64,000 bases of DNA from Candidatus Hydrogenedentota bacterium (GCA_034669905.1 JAXMOL010000012.1:32001-96000), one strand, 5' to 3'. Shown: positions 1-16,770, counted from the stretch's first letter. Translations and numbers: made by a program. Notes: generated by a model not told the origin, from the letters alone.

Positions 1-2
1 AG

Positions 3-173
3 TACAAGTCTGCATTGGATGCCTACGGTAATGGCGACCGTCGTCGTATTCCCGACGACACCTCGGAGAAAGACGTTATCGCCTATCTCAAGACCTTTGC
101 ACGCCTCTTAAAAGAGACCTATCCCTATGCCGAAGATATGATGGCCTATCTCAAAAAACACAAGATAAAATAG
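3..173 (+). CDS. 3' end of a protein of unknown function (truncated by window edge)
   Basis: Open frame YKSALDAYG...MAYLKKHKIK ending TAG at 171-173, followed by a terminator. Confidence 0.75.
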   Translation, partial: YKSALDAYGNGDRRRIPDDTSEKDVIAYLKTFARLLKETYPYAEDMMAYLKKHKIK

Positions 174-196
174 CGCTGTATCGACCGGAGTAAATC

Positions 197-231
197 AGGT
201 GCCGTCAAACTGCTTTGACGGTGCCTTTTTT
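197..231 (+). terminator. Rho-independent terminator
   Basis: aggtgccgtcaaa-ctgc-tttgacggtgcct stem (G-U pairs) followed by T tract. Confidence 0.8.
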
Positions 232-234
232 CGT

Positions 235-1420
235 GGCAGGGAGGGTGACCTACTCTTGTCAAAGGGACGTTCTGCCGCAGGGGGTAGAAGGTAAGACGGT
301 TGTCGTCGGGCCTTTCGTGGAATCTGGGTTAACCAGGTACGCTTCAGGGCGGCAGCATGTCCCGGTGGGCCAAGGGTCGGGGACGGAGTTTCACCACGAC
401 GTCTCGTGATGGATTCATTGAGTTAGCGCGTCTACAGCCCTGGCGTGCCTATGGAGCGCCGTCGGCCCGACGGCATGGGTGCCTTTGGCACCGGACTGCG
501 ATGGGCGGTAACCAGGGCTCTTGTTCCGGAAGATGGGGCGGATGAGGCCCACGGAAATCGTGGCGTACTACCGGTACAGTCCCGAACTTCGTCTGGGACG
601 AAGTCGAGGACAGTCCCACCACAGGGACTGCCTCCGCGCTGAAAGCCACGTGGGGTAGCGTGTGGACGGAGGTGTAACGGCCCATGAAGCGGATGAACGG
701 CACGCGTTGATGCGCGAGGCTGTCCCGGCAGTATGGGGAGACGGGGTGTTGGGGAGGCTTTACGTCATCAATGACGGGACACGGCAGTCTCTACGAAATC
801 TGCTGTCGTCACCGCAGACAGGAATGTCTGCGTCCCTGGGGTGTTTCCATCACCATTCTCTTGTGTCTCCACAGCGTGGGCTTGTCTACGGCCACCGGGA
901 CAGGAACGCGCGTTGGCGTGACGCGTGTAATGCGTAGTGGCCGGGATGGCGCGACGCTGTCGTGAAATACCTGCGTTATACGGGCGCGATACCGTCCCTC
1001 GCGTGCCTATGGAGCGCCGTCGGCCCGACGGCATCAGTGCCAAAGGCACCGGATCGCGATGGGCGGTAATCGAAGTCATCTCGCGCATCCCTACGCTTAT
1101 CGCAGACGGGAATGTCTGCGCCCTTGGGGTGTTTCCATCAGGCTGGTTGCGCGTACACGTTGCAGCCTGCCGTCGTGGCGTACTGCCGGTACAGTCCCGA
1201 ACTTCGCCCACCACGGCGCGTCTACGATCCGGGACGAAGTCGAGGACAGTCCCACCACCGGGACAGGAGCGCGCGTCAGAATGACGTGTGTCAGGGCGGA
1301 GTGGCTGGTATAGGGCGATGCTTTCGTGAATATACTCGGGTGTTTTGGCGCGATACCGTCCCATACGTGCACCTATGGAGCGCCGTCGGGCCCTGCATCC
1401 GATGGCGCTCGAAGCGCATC
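235..1420. repeat. Non-coding mosaic of REP-like palindromic modules
   Basis: Repeated modules: 444-511/1002-1069 (partial ~1347-1390), 558-622/1173-1258, 813-852/1101-1140, ~892-913/1255-1276; no credible ORF. Confidence 0.8.
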
Positions 1421-1611
1421 TATCCCTTTGCCGGGGGTGCGTTCGTCGATTCTGGGGCGATTCTGAGCGTCGATTTTCCCCATCGAGGCCCCTGGAACGA
1501 CTTCCCTGCCGGTGTCACCGCTTAACGTACATCGCGCCACCAATCCGCCAACTGCTATAATCACCCAACTTTTCCGGGGACTTCTATCACAAACCATAGA
1601 GGATTGGGCGT

Positions 1612-2766
1612 TTGAACGGACAGGCAGTACATTTTGGTGCCGGTAATATCGGTCGTGGTTTCATTGGACAACTCTATTGGGAGTCGGGCTTTCGCACGAC
1701 CTTTATCGACGTCAACGAGACGGTCGTCGGGCTCTTGCAGTCCCGGGGGAGTTATCCCATCCATCTGGTCTCGGAAACGACGGAAGTGATTCCTGTGGAT
1801 AACGTGACGGCCATCCATGGCGGCGATGTGGAAGCCGTGGCCGACGCCCTGGCGGTGGCGACGATTGCTTCGACGGCGGTGGGTTCCCAGATTCTGCCCC
1901 GAATCGCGCCCGCGATTGCACGGGGTATTGAGAAACGCTTTGCCCAGGCCGACGCGGCCCCCCTCAACATCATCATCTGCGAGAATCTGCTCCGGGGTGA
2001 TGCGGTCCTTCGGGAGGCGGTGCGCAGTCACCTGGCGCCCGAGTGGCACGAGACCCTGGACGGGAAGGTGGGCTTCGTGGAAGCGTCCATCGGCCGCATG
2101 GTGCCCCGTATGACCGAGGCCCAGCTGGCCCAAGACCCCTTGCTCGTCTGTGTGGAACCCTATTGTGAGTTGCCCCTCGCCGGGGACAGTTTCAAGGGGG
2201 AGATGCCGCCCATCAAGCATGCCAAGCCCTATTCCAATTTCGGGGCCTACGTGGAGCGGAAGATCTTTGTCCACAATATGAGTCACGCGGCTACGGCCTA
2301 TCTGGGCTATCTCCAGGGCCACACCTACATCTATGAAGCGATACAGGACCCCAAGGTGCGTCCTGTGGTGGAGGCGGCGCTGGAGGAAAGCTGTCTGGGC
2401 TTGTCCCGGAAGCATGGGCTCGATAAGGCGGCCTTGGATGCCTTTGCGACGGACCTGATCCACCGCTATCAGAACAAGGCCTTGGCCGATCAGGTGGCCC
2501 GCGTGGGCGGCGATCTCAAGCGCAAGTTGGGTCCCAATGACCGGCTGATTGCCACGGCCAACATGTGCCTCGCGCAGGATGTGACGCCGACGGCCCTGGT
2601 GGAAGTGATTGGGGCGGCCCTGCGTTTCGACGCACCGGACGACGTGACGGCGCCCGAGGTGATGGCCCTGTTGGCCGCATCGGGTGTGGCGGCGGTGCTG
2701 GAGCAGATTTGTGAATTGCCGCCTGGTAACGCACTCCGGGAACTCATCGAGTCCTCCCTTCAGTAG
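1612..2766 (+). CDS. mtlD: Mannitol-1-phosphate 5-dehydrogenase
   Basis: AVHFGAGNIGRGFIG, IIICEN, YVERKIFVHN, RKLGPNDRL motifs; TTG start after GAGGA. Confidence 0.85.
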   Translation: MNGQAVHFGAGNIGRGFIGQLYWESGFRTTFIDVNETVVGLLQSRGSYPIHLVSETTEVIPVDNVTAIHGGDVEAVADALAVATIASTAVGSQILPRIAPAIARGIEKRFAQADAAPLNIIICENLLRGDAVLREAVRSHLAPEWHETLDGKVGFVEASIGRMVPRMTEAQLAQDPLLVCVEPYCELPLAGDSFKGEMPPIKHAKPYSNFGAYVERKIFVHNMSHAATAYLGYLQGHTYIYEAIQDPKVRPVVEAALEESCLGLSRKHGLDKAALDAFATDLIHRYQNKALADQVARVGGDLKRKLGPNDRLIATANMCLAQDVTPTALVEVIGAALRFDAPDDVTAPEVMALLAASGVAAVLEQICELPPGNALRELIESSLQ

Positions 2767-2819
2767 CCATCACAAACAACAAAGAACCAAATCAAACAGC
2801 AATAAAAAGAAAGAAACCG

Positions 2820-4220
2820 ATGAAAAAATATGATGTTGCAGTAATTGGAACAGGGCCTGGTGGCTATGTAGCGGCGGTACGGGCTTCCCAGCGCGGCGCA
2901 AGCGTGGTGGTGATAGAAAAGAACGATATCGGCGGCGTTTGTCTTAATGTTGGGTGTATACCGACAAAAACACTCATATACTCCGCTGAAATGTACCGCA
3001 AGATGCAGCATGCCTCCGAGTACGGGCTCAAGGCGGAATCGGTCGGTTTTGATATGGCCGCCATGGTCGCCCGGAAGAACAAGGTCATCGGAATGAACAC
3101 CGGTGGGATCGCCGCCCTCTTCAAGGGCCACGGCATCGACGTCATCCAAGGGGAGGCCACCATCCTCGCACCGGGTACCATCGCCGTGGGAGACGAGACC
3201 GTTGAAGCGACCTCCATCATCATCGCGACGGGGGGACGTCCCGCCCAGCTCCCGGGCCTTGAGTTCAACGGCAAGACGGTGATTGGCAGCACGGACGCCC
3301 TGGAGCTGACCGAGCTTCCGGAGCGCATCGGGGTCATCGGGGCGGGAGCCATTGGCGCGGAGTTTGCCTGTATCTGGAATGCCCTTGGTGCCAAGGTGAC
3401 GCTCATTGAGTTTATGCCCCACGTGTTGCCGCGAGAAGATGCCGACCTGAGTAAGCGTCTGGCCGCCGGGTTGAAGAAAAAGGGCATCGATATCCGCACC
3501 GGTACCAAGGTGTCGGAACTGACCCACACGGATGGGGGTGTTCGTTTGACCCTGGAAGGCGACAAGGCCGGCGAAGTCGACGTGGATCTGGTCCTGGTCG
3601 GTATCGGACTGGAGTGTAACTCCGAAGTCGTCACCCAAACGCCGGGGCTGGGCGTTAAGGTAGGGGCCCGCGGGGGCATCGAAGTGGATGAACGAATGGA
3701 AACCGCTGTGCCCGGCATCTATGCCATCGGCGATGTGACCAACAAGACCTGGCTGGCCCACGGCGCGTCGGCGGAAGGTATCGTTGCCGCCACGAATGCA
3801 ACGGGTGGTAACCGACATATGGACTATCGCGTGGTTCCTTCCTGCACGTTCACGTCACCGGAAGTGGCAAGCGTGGGATTAACGGAAACCCAGGCGAAGG
3901 AATCGGGATATAACGTGAAGACCGGCAGCTTCCTCTTTTCCGGAAACGGCCGTGCCCACGCGATTGGCGAGACCGAAGGCCTGGTCAAGATCGTGGGTGA
4001 TGCCGCGACCGATGAGATTCTCGGGGTCCACATCATGGGCTGTGAGGCCGGTGAGATGATTGCAGCCGGGGCCATGGCCATGTCGCTCGAGGCCACGGTG
4101 GAAGAGATGGCCCACACCATCCATACGCACCCGACCCTTTCGGAAGCGATGATGGAGGCCGCCGAAGACTATTATGGAATCGGAATTCACACGCGACCCA
4201 AGCCGAAGCGCAAGAAGTAA
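2820..4220 (+). CDS. lpdA: Dihydrolipoyl dehydrogenase
   Basis: GTGPGGYVAA, GGVCLNVGCIPTK redox motif, HTHPTLSE. Confidence 0.95.
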   Translation: MKKYDVAVIGTGPGGYVAAVRASQRGASVVVIEKNDIGGVCLNVGCIPTKTLIYSAEMYRKMQHASEYGLKAESVGFDMAAMVARKNKVIGMNTGGIAALFKGHGIDVIQGEATILAPGTIAVGDETVEATSIIIATGGRPAQLPGLEFNGKTVIGSTDALELTELPERIGVIGAGAIGAEFACIWNALGAKVTLIEFMPHVLPREDADLSKRLAAGLKKKGIDIRTGTKVSELTHTDGGVRLTLEGDKAGEVDVDLVLVGIGLECNSEVVTQTPGLGVKVGARGGIEVDERMETAVPGIYAIGDVTNKTWLAHGASAEGIVAATNATGGNRHMDYRVVPSCTFTSPEVASVGLTETQAKESGYNVKTGSFLFSGNGRAHAIGETEGLVKIVGDAATDEILGVHIMGCEAGEMIAAGAMAMSLEATVEEMAHTIHTHPTLSEAMMEAAEDYYGIGIHTRPKPKRKK

Positions 4221-4364
4221 GCGTTGTATCTGAATACTTCCTGTTTTTGGCGGTCGGAGTGTTTCTCCGGCTGAATACGATAGATTTGTTATAGTGTACC
4301 CGGGCGTGGTGACCGTCACCACGCCCGTCAGATTTTGGGTGTGCCCGGCGGGCAGGAGTTGAGT

Positions 4365-6611
4365 ATGAGAGCTACATGGGGTCATCGTGTAAAGGACAAT
4401 GGAATTTGTCTGGCCCTATTGCTGCTCTTTCCCCTGGCGGTTTACATGCCGCCCTGGATTCAGGGAGAGGTTCCGCTGGAGACGGGTTCGCTTCTGGCCA
4501 TGCCGCCCTGGGCCGCTCACACCCCCGCGGAGCCCGCCGTTTCCACGCCACTCTCCGCGTGGCAGGCCGGGACCGTATGGCCCAGCTATGCGTTCCTCAA
4601 TGGGAACCGGGACTCGCTGGGGGCGCTCCAGTGGAACCCCGCCGTGGGCTTGGGGGAACCCTTTATAGCCAATCCTTACAATCGGGCGTTCTCGCCGTTT
4701 TCTATCTGGTTTTATTTGTTTGGATTCGGAAATGCGCTATTTCTATCGCTCCTTTCCAAGAGTCTTGCGGCCGGATGGATTAGCTATTATGTCGCACGGC
4801 GTTATGGATTTACTCCGTGGTTTGGGCTCATCGTGGCGCTCATTTTCCAATGGAGTGGTCCGCTGGTCATCTGGCAACTCGAGCCGCTCAGCGACAGCCT
4901 GGTCTGGTTGCCCCTCTTGCTGCTGGCGACGGACCGGCTGATTCTGGGTCACTTCCGTTCCTGGCCCGGGGTGGCACTGGTTGTGGCCGCCATGGTACTC
5001 AGTGGTGGCTTGCATATGCTTGCGGGCTCGCTGGTGTGTATGGCGCTGTATATGTTTCTCCGGCGTTTGCGGGATCACAAGCGGGCACACATCGGCGGGG
5101 CCATACCGGGCTATGCGCTTGGTGTTGTTGCGGGCTTTGGGTTGGCCGCGGTTCAGCTGCTTCCCTACCTGGAACTGCTTCGTGAGGGCAATGCCATCGA
5201 TCACACGTACCCGTGGATTTTTGACAGCAGCCTGCTGCTGGGGTTATTCGGCCCCAGCTATTACCACCACATCGGCGGGGGCGACAACCCGCTGATTCAC
5301 GTGGTTTACATCGGGGTAGTTCCCTTGCTATTCGTTGGTTTCTGGGGCGCGTTACGCCGACTGGTGGAGCGGCCCTTACGTCACCGCATCGAGAGTTTGC
5401 TGTTTGCGTCGCTTTTGGTCGGCGCGGTACCGGTGGTGTTGCAGGGACTCCTTCCGAATATCCACGCCCTTCGCTTTCTTCACCCGGTGCACTACCTGGC
5501 GGGCTTGTCTTTTCCCCTGGCCCTCATGGTCGCCGCCGTGGTGGAAACGTGGCTTCACCTGAACGCCGATCAGTGCAAACGTGCCTTGCTCCGTATGGGG
5601 ATTCAACTCCCGCTGTTTTGGGGTGGGCTCTTGGGGGTATTTGTTGTTTTCGCGTGGAAGCAGTCTGAAACTGAAGGGTTCCCATGGAGTTCCTTCTGGT
5701 GCTTTACCGTCACGTCGCTTACCTTGCTGGTACTTTTCGGGGCAACGATTTTATACCCGCGGGCCCGAATTCTCGTAGCGGGGACCATCACGCTGTTGGT
5801 CTTGACGACGGCGTGGGGTACCTTGCCCTGGATCCCCCGTGCTCCTCAGGCGGATATCTTTCCACAAACCGACGTAATCCGCACCCTGCAGGAATCGGAT
5901 TCCCGCGTGGGGGGCACGCCCCGGATGGCCACCTGGCCGCTTCATGGCAACCAGATTCCCGCACTCTATGCGCCGTCGACCGTCATGCTCAATCGGACGG
6001 AGGCCTATCTTGCGCAAACCAGTGCGTATCCCTTGCTCCAGCGGCGGGCAGGTATTGGCACGCTGCTGCTTCAGAAAGAAGACATCCAAGGGGCCTACGC
6101 GCCGGTCCGCCATGATCTCAACATTGTAGACATCTTCGACTCGGGGCTTATCCTGTTTCGAGACCAGGGTGCTGAGCCCCGTATCCGAATCGCCCATGAG
6201 GTAGAAAGTGCCTCTACGGCCACGTTGGATTTGCAGGCCTCGTCGCTCCCCATCGTGCCGGGGGTATTGTTGCCGCCCGTGTCCGGCGTGATCAGCGACA
6301 CCATACGGATGAGCGATGTGCCTCGGAATAATCGCCTGGAGCTGGAGGTGGAGACCAACTTTCCCGGGGTCCTGATCGTTGCGGAGGCGTGGTATCCCGG
6401 CTGGCAAGCCCAGGTAGACGGAAACGTGGTTCCAATCCTACCCGTCGATGGTGTATTTCGTGGGGTGGAATTAGGGGCCGGGACCCACGAGGTTCGCTTC
6501 ACCTATCATGCCTCATCCTTGCGTTGGGGGGCACTTATCTCGTTGCTATGCCTGGGTTTATTCCTCACGGGGGCCTATATCGGGCGCCGTAGATCCCGGA
6601 CGGGATACTGA
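4365..6611 (+). CDS. YfhO-family polytopic membrane protein (GT-C-like)
   Basis: WNPxxGLGEPF, many TM segments, C-terminal EAWYPGWQAQVDG...FRGV...G.HEVRFTY; AGGAG RBS before ATG 4365. Confidence 0.8.
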   Translation: MRATWGHRVKDNGICLALLLLFPLAVYMPPWIQGEVPLETGSLLAMPPWAAHTPAEPAVSTPLSAWQAGTVWPSYAFLNGNRDSLGALQWNPAVGLGEPFIANPYNRAFSPFSIWFYLFGFGNALFLSLLSKSLAAGWISYYVARRYGFTPWFGLIVALIFQWSGPLVIWQLEPLSDSLVWLPLLLLATDRLILGHFRSWPGVALVVAAMVLSGGLHMLAGSLVCMALYMFLRRLRDHKRAHIGGAIPGYALGVVAGFGLAAVQLLPYLELLREGNAIDHTYPWIFDSSLLLGLFGPSYYHHIGGGDNPLIHVVYIGVVPLLFVGFWGALRRLVERPLRHRIESLLFASLLVGAVPVVLQGLLPNIHALRFLHPVHYLAGLSFPLALMVAAVVETWLHLNADQCKRALLRMGIQLPLFWGGLLGVFVVFAWKQSETEGFPWSSFWCFTVTSLTLLVLFGATILYPRARILVAGTITLLVLTTAWGTLPWIPRAPQADIFPQTDVIRTLQESDSRVGGTPRMATWPLHGNQIPALYAPSTVMLNRTEAYLAQTSAYPLLQRRAGIGTLLLQKEDIQGAYAPVRHDLNIVDIFDSGLILFRDQGAEPRIRIAHEVESASTATLDLQASSLPIVPGVLLPPVSGVISDTIRMSDVPRNNRLELEVETNFPGVLIVAEAWYPGWQAQVDGNVVPILPVDGVFRGVELGAGTHEVRFTYHASSLRWGALISLLCLGLFLTGAYIGRRRSRTGY

Positions 6612-6663
6612 TCCGGGAAGGGTATCACGGCCCCGGCCCGCCCATCCTGCCCAAAGATAATGC

Positions 6664-6691
6664 TCAAGTATTTGTACCTATCCGCCGATAG
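6664..6691 (+). promoter_or_regulatory. Sigma28 (FliA/SigD)-type promoter
   Basis: TCAA-N16-GCCGATAG, 57 nt upstream of ATG 6749. Confidence 0.65.
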
Positions 6692-6748
6692 AATGAGGAA
6701 AGCGACGGATAGATGACACCGGGATGGTGTCGGATGCGAGGTGACACT

Positions 6749-7264
6749 ATGGTACAAAATATTGGTGCAGCGGCTTTGGACCTGCCGGTCAGTGGCAAGT
6801 TGATCCAGCCGAAGACAACCCTTCCCCAGTCCTTTTCCATTGAAAGCCGAACGGACTCGGTTTCTTTCAGTGCGAAGGTCTCCACCGGGGATGCCCAGAA
6901 CATCGTGGTAGACCGGGCATTTGAACAGCTGCGCGCCGTGGTCGAAGAGGCCCGGGCGGAACTGGGAATTCCGGAAGGGGAGACCATCGATCTTTCTCCG
7001 GAAGCCACCGGTGACCGAATTGCCGACTTCGCCCTGAATTTCTTTTCCCAATACGCGGAGAATAACGGCCTGGCCGATGACGAAGATGGCCGCGCTCAGT
7101 TCGCCGATTTTATCGGGGGCGCTATCAATAAGGGCATCGAAGAAGCGCGGGGAATTCTTACCGCGTTGAGCGCCCTGAATCCGGATACGACCGCAGGCAT
7201 CGATGCGACGGCGAACCACATCCAGGGACGGTTGGATGATTTCGTCACAAACGGCCTTAGCTAA
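6749..7264 (+). CDS. DUF5610-family protein
   Basis: DLSPEATGDRIADFA...GIEEARGIL motif; GAGGTG RBS. Confidence 0.7.
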   Translation: MVQNIGAAALDLPVSGKLIQPKTTLPQSFSIESRTDSVSFSAKVSTGDAQNIVVDRAFEQLRAVVEEARAELGIPEGETIDLSPEATGDRIADFALNFFSQYAENNGLADDEDGRAQFADFIGGAINKGIEEARGILTALSALNPDTTAGIDATANHIQGRLDDFVTNGLS

Positions 7265-7283
7265 ATAAATTTTTCATTTTCTT

Positions 7284-7326
7284 AACGTTGTGCGGTAAAA
7301 AGCTTGAACCGCGCAACGTTTTTTTT
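7284..7326 (+). terminator. Terminator of DUF5610 gene, overlapping a likely tRNA promoter (TTGAAC 7304-7309, TACTAT 7328-7333)
   Basis: aacgttgtgcggt / accgcgcaacgtt stem followed by T run. Confidence 0.6.
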
Positions 7327-7344
7327 GTACTATGTTGCTCCGCT

Positions 7345-7431
7345 GCCCGGGTGGTGGAATTGGCAGACACGCAAGATTAAGGATCTTGTGCCAGCAATGG
7401 CGTGCGAGTTCGATTCTCGCCTCGGGCACCA
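7345..7431 (+). tRNA. tRNA-Leu, anticodon AAG (7379-7381)
   Basis: Acceptor GCCCGGG/CTCGGGC-A-CCA, D arm GGTGGAATTGGCAGACAC, anticodon arm CAAGA-TTAAGGA-TCTTG, long variable arm, GTTCGA T loop. Confidence 0.92.
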
Positions 7432-7443
7432 TATTAAACGTTA

Positions 7444-7483
7444 AAGGCCCTCGTGCTTCCGCAAGGAAACACGAGGGCTTTTT
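7444..7483 (+). terminator. Terminator after tRNA
   Basis: ggccctcgtgcttcc-gcaa-ggaaacacgagggct followed by Ts. Confidence 0.8.
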
Positions 7484-7805
7484 CGTATTGGCCTTGTACC
7501 GTGATAATCCGCTGCTTGTTGATAAGGGTGGCTTGGACAAGCAAGCGCCCTCGCTCAGAGCGGCGGCACGCCACCAGCAGGCCATAGAGGGGCAAGAACA
7601 CGAATCAGACCCAGTCCCCTGCCCGATTTCGTGTTTGACAGCGCGCGCGATCCCGAATATACTCGTCGGAACGCACCCGTAGCGCAACCGGGGGCGGTGG
7701 TCAGTGAACGGCGACGGGAAGCCCTTGGGCGGCATCCCCTTATCGTGAAAATTCGCAATCGGTTCTTAAGCTGCAGGAACTTCTTTCCTGGAAGGGTGCT
7801 CTGTC

Positions 7806-14639
<6,834 letters not shown>

Positions 14640-14812
14640 CCGGAAGTTCTTGCGTGTGGATTTGAGGCGCGGTGCGTGAGGCGATTCGCGCGTCGCGGTG
14701 TCGCCCGATATGGGGTGGCGCTCCACCAAAAAATTGGTCTGGCTATGCCATTGCCGCCATCCCAGGTCGGGATGGCGGCAATATTCCGTTTCGGGGGCAG
14801 GGCTGGCGTGCC

Positions 14813-15052
14813 TTACTTGATCTTGTGCGTTTTTTTCAGACGGTTGAGGGTCTGATCGTAGATTTGCTGCCAGGCTTCCTGGGCCGACTTATCTGCATCA
14901 TGTTTCTTTGATTTCCCCTTGGCGTCTTTGCCATGGGGCGCGCGTCCGTGACCCGAGAGTGCCGCCGATTTGGTTTTCGCGTGCTTGTCGGCGGCCGCTT
15001 TGGCTTCTTTCTTCAGATCATCGAGGGTGGGTGCCTTGTCTTTCTTGGGCAT
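14813..15052 (-). CDS. Small basic Lys/Ala-rich hypothetical protein (79 aa)
   Basis: MPKKDKAPTL...KTHKIK; AAGGA RBS. Confidence 0.65.
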   Translation of the reverse strand: MPKKDKAPTLDDLKKEAKAAADKHAKTKSAALSGHGRAPHGKDAKGKSKKHDADKSAQEAWQQIYDQTLNRLKKTHKIK

Positions 15053-15282
15053 GAGCTGCTTCCTTGTCGTGTATCGGTGCGATTCATGGCGGAAAGGAGA
15101 AGGCCCCAGTGGCCGCCCCATCGTGAACTGCCGCCGCCAAAGGAAATGGTGCGGCCCGTTGCCTGAATGCGGAGACTGGCTGATTCAGACGGTCCCTGCC
15201 CATACTGCTCACGGTGGGTGAGGAAGGCTGCCGTTCTATTAAAGCAGAGAATGGCGTGTTGCGCAAGCAGAAAATCAGCGAC

Positions 15283-16770
15283 TCAGTGCTCCTGGTCCCA
15301 AAGGGGAAAGGGGTCGTCCAGGCGTTGCATTTCACTCGCCAACAGGGATTCGAGGTGGCGTCGTTGTGCGGCATAGCGCGGGTCATCCGCCAGGTTGGTC
15401 TGGTCAACGGTCGGCGCGCTGCCGGTAAGGGCGTGCACTGTTGAAGCATGGTGGGCTGGGAGGTATTCCCGGGGGTTGTTCGCCAGGTTGAAGAGCTGGG
15501 TATGGCGAACCCTTCCGTCCAGCGTGTCATATTTAATTAACTTCCAATCGCCCTCTTTGATGGCGCGCATCCCAGGCTTGGTACCTCCGGCATAGGCGCC
15601 ATAGAGTACCTCGCGGATGGCGTGCTCTTTGCCCTCCAACACCGTGCGAAAACTCGTGCCTTCCACAGTTTTCGGCGTCGGGACCTGCGCAAGCTCGCAG
15701 AGTGTGGGGAGCACATCCATAAGGTAGAGATTTCCCAAGGCGCGGCTCCCGGGTGCGATGCCGGGTCCACGGGCGATGAAGGGTACTTTCCACGTGTGCT
15801 CATAGAGATTCTGTTTTCCCATGAGGCCATGGCGTCCCACGGCGATGCCATGGTCGGAGGTAAAGAAGATGTAGGTGTTGTCGAGCTCGCCCATGGAGGC
15901 GAGTTGGTCGAGGACCCGCCCGATTTGGCGATCGATGTTTTCGATGCAGGCATATTCCCGACCAAGTTCGTTGCGGACCGTGGCCGGATCGCGCTGCTTC
16001 ATGACGCCCTGCACCCGTTCTTCATCGCGCAGTTCCGGGTGTCCATGGGGAAAGGGGTGGGCGGGGAGCCAGGTCGACGGCAACGGTGGGGCTTTGGGGT
16101 TTGCTTCTGAGGGGGCGTCCGGATTCCAGGTATTGGTGGCGCCATATTTCTTCAGAAGTTCCGGGGTGCCGTTCCGGGGATCATGGGGGTGGGAAAATCC
16201 GAAATAGATGAGGAAGGGCTTTTCTCCAGGGTTTTGGGCCCGCGCCGTGAGGTATGCCATCACCTGATCCCCATGCCAGGCACTGCCTTTGGCTTCATTC
16301 CCCTGGCGTTGTGTGGTGTCACGGACGGTTTGAAAGCGTTCGTTGGCAGGGGGGTAGCTGTTGCCGGTCTTGCAGGTACGAAAGGTGTCATAGCCGGCGC
16401 GATTGAACACCGCGGGCAGCGATTGTTCGGCGAGTTCGGGCGGGACGAGCGCCGCGTTGTCGTTGTGGGGGCTTCCTTTTCCGGGGATGTGCCAGACCGA
16501 GCGGCCCGTCATAATCATGGTGCGGGATGGGCGACATACGGCGCCGCTCCACGAGCCCATGTGGTGGGCACCGTCAATGGTCATGCCCTCGGCGGCGAGG
16601 CGATCCAGATTGGGGGTCTGGCAGACCGTATTGCCATAGGCCGAGAGGGTCTGGGGTGCCTGGTCATCGGTAAGGATGAAGAGAATGTTGGGGCGCTTCT
16701 CGGCGGCGGCAGAAGAAATCACCAGGAGAAACAGTGCGACGAAGGTGGCGTTGCGGAAGGTCGAGGTCAT
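15283..16770 (-). CDS. Sulfatase (formylglycine-dependent, choline-sulfatase-like)
   Basis: Signal peptide, RPNILFILTDD, CRPSR, FTSDHG, GKQNLYE. Confidence 0.9.
   Translation of the reverse strand: MTSTFRNATFVALFLLVISSAAAEKRPNILFILTDDQAPQTLSAYGNTVCQTPNLDRLAAEGMTIDGAHHMGSWSGAVCRPSRTMIMTGRSVWHIPGKGSPHNDNAALVPPELAEQSLPAVFNRAGYDTFRTCKTGNSYPPANERFQTVRDTTQRQGNEAKGSAWHGDQVMAYLTARAQNPGEKPFLIYFGFSHPHDPRNGTPELLKKYGATNTWNPDAPSEANPKAPPLPSTWLPAHPFPHGHPELRDEERVQGVMKQRDPATVRNELGREYACIENIDRQIGRVLDQLASMGELDNTYIFFTSDHGIAVGRHGLMGKQNLYEHTWKVPFIARGPGIAPGSRALGNLYLMDVLPTLCELAQVPTPKTVEGTSFRTVLEGKEHAIREVLYGAYAGGTKPGMRAIKEGDWKLIKYDTLDGRVRHTQLFNLANNPREYLPAHHASTVHALTGSAPTVDQTNLADDPRYAAQRRHLESLLASEMQRLDDPFPLWDQEH

Noticed and set aside
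235..1560. Many short ORFs and a possible CRISPR array
   Set aside because: ORFs are translations of repeat modules; repeats are heterogeneous, irregularly spaced and there are no cas genes
7432..7805. tRNA-anchored genomic island
   Set aside because: No integrase and no duplicate of the tRNA 3' end seen in the window
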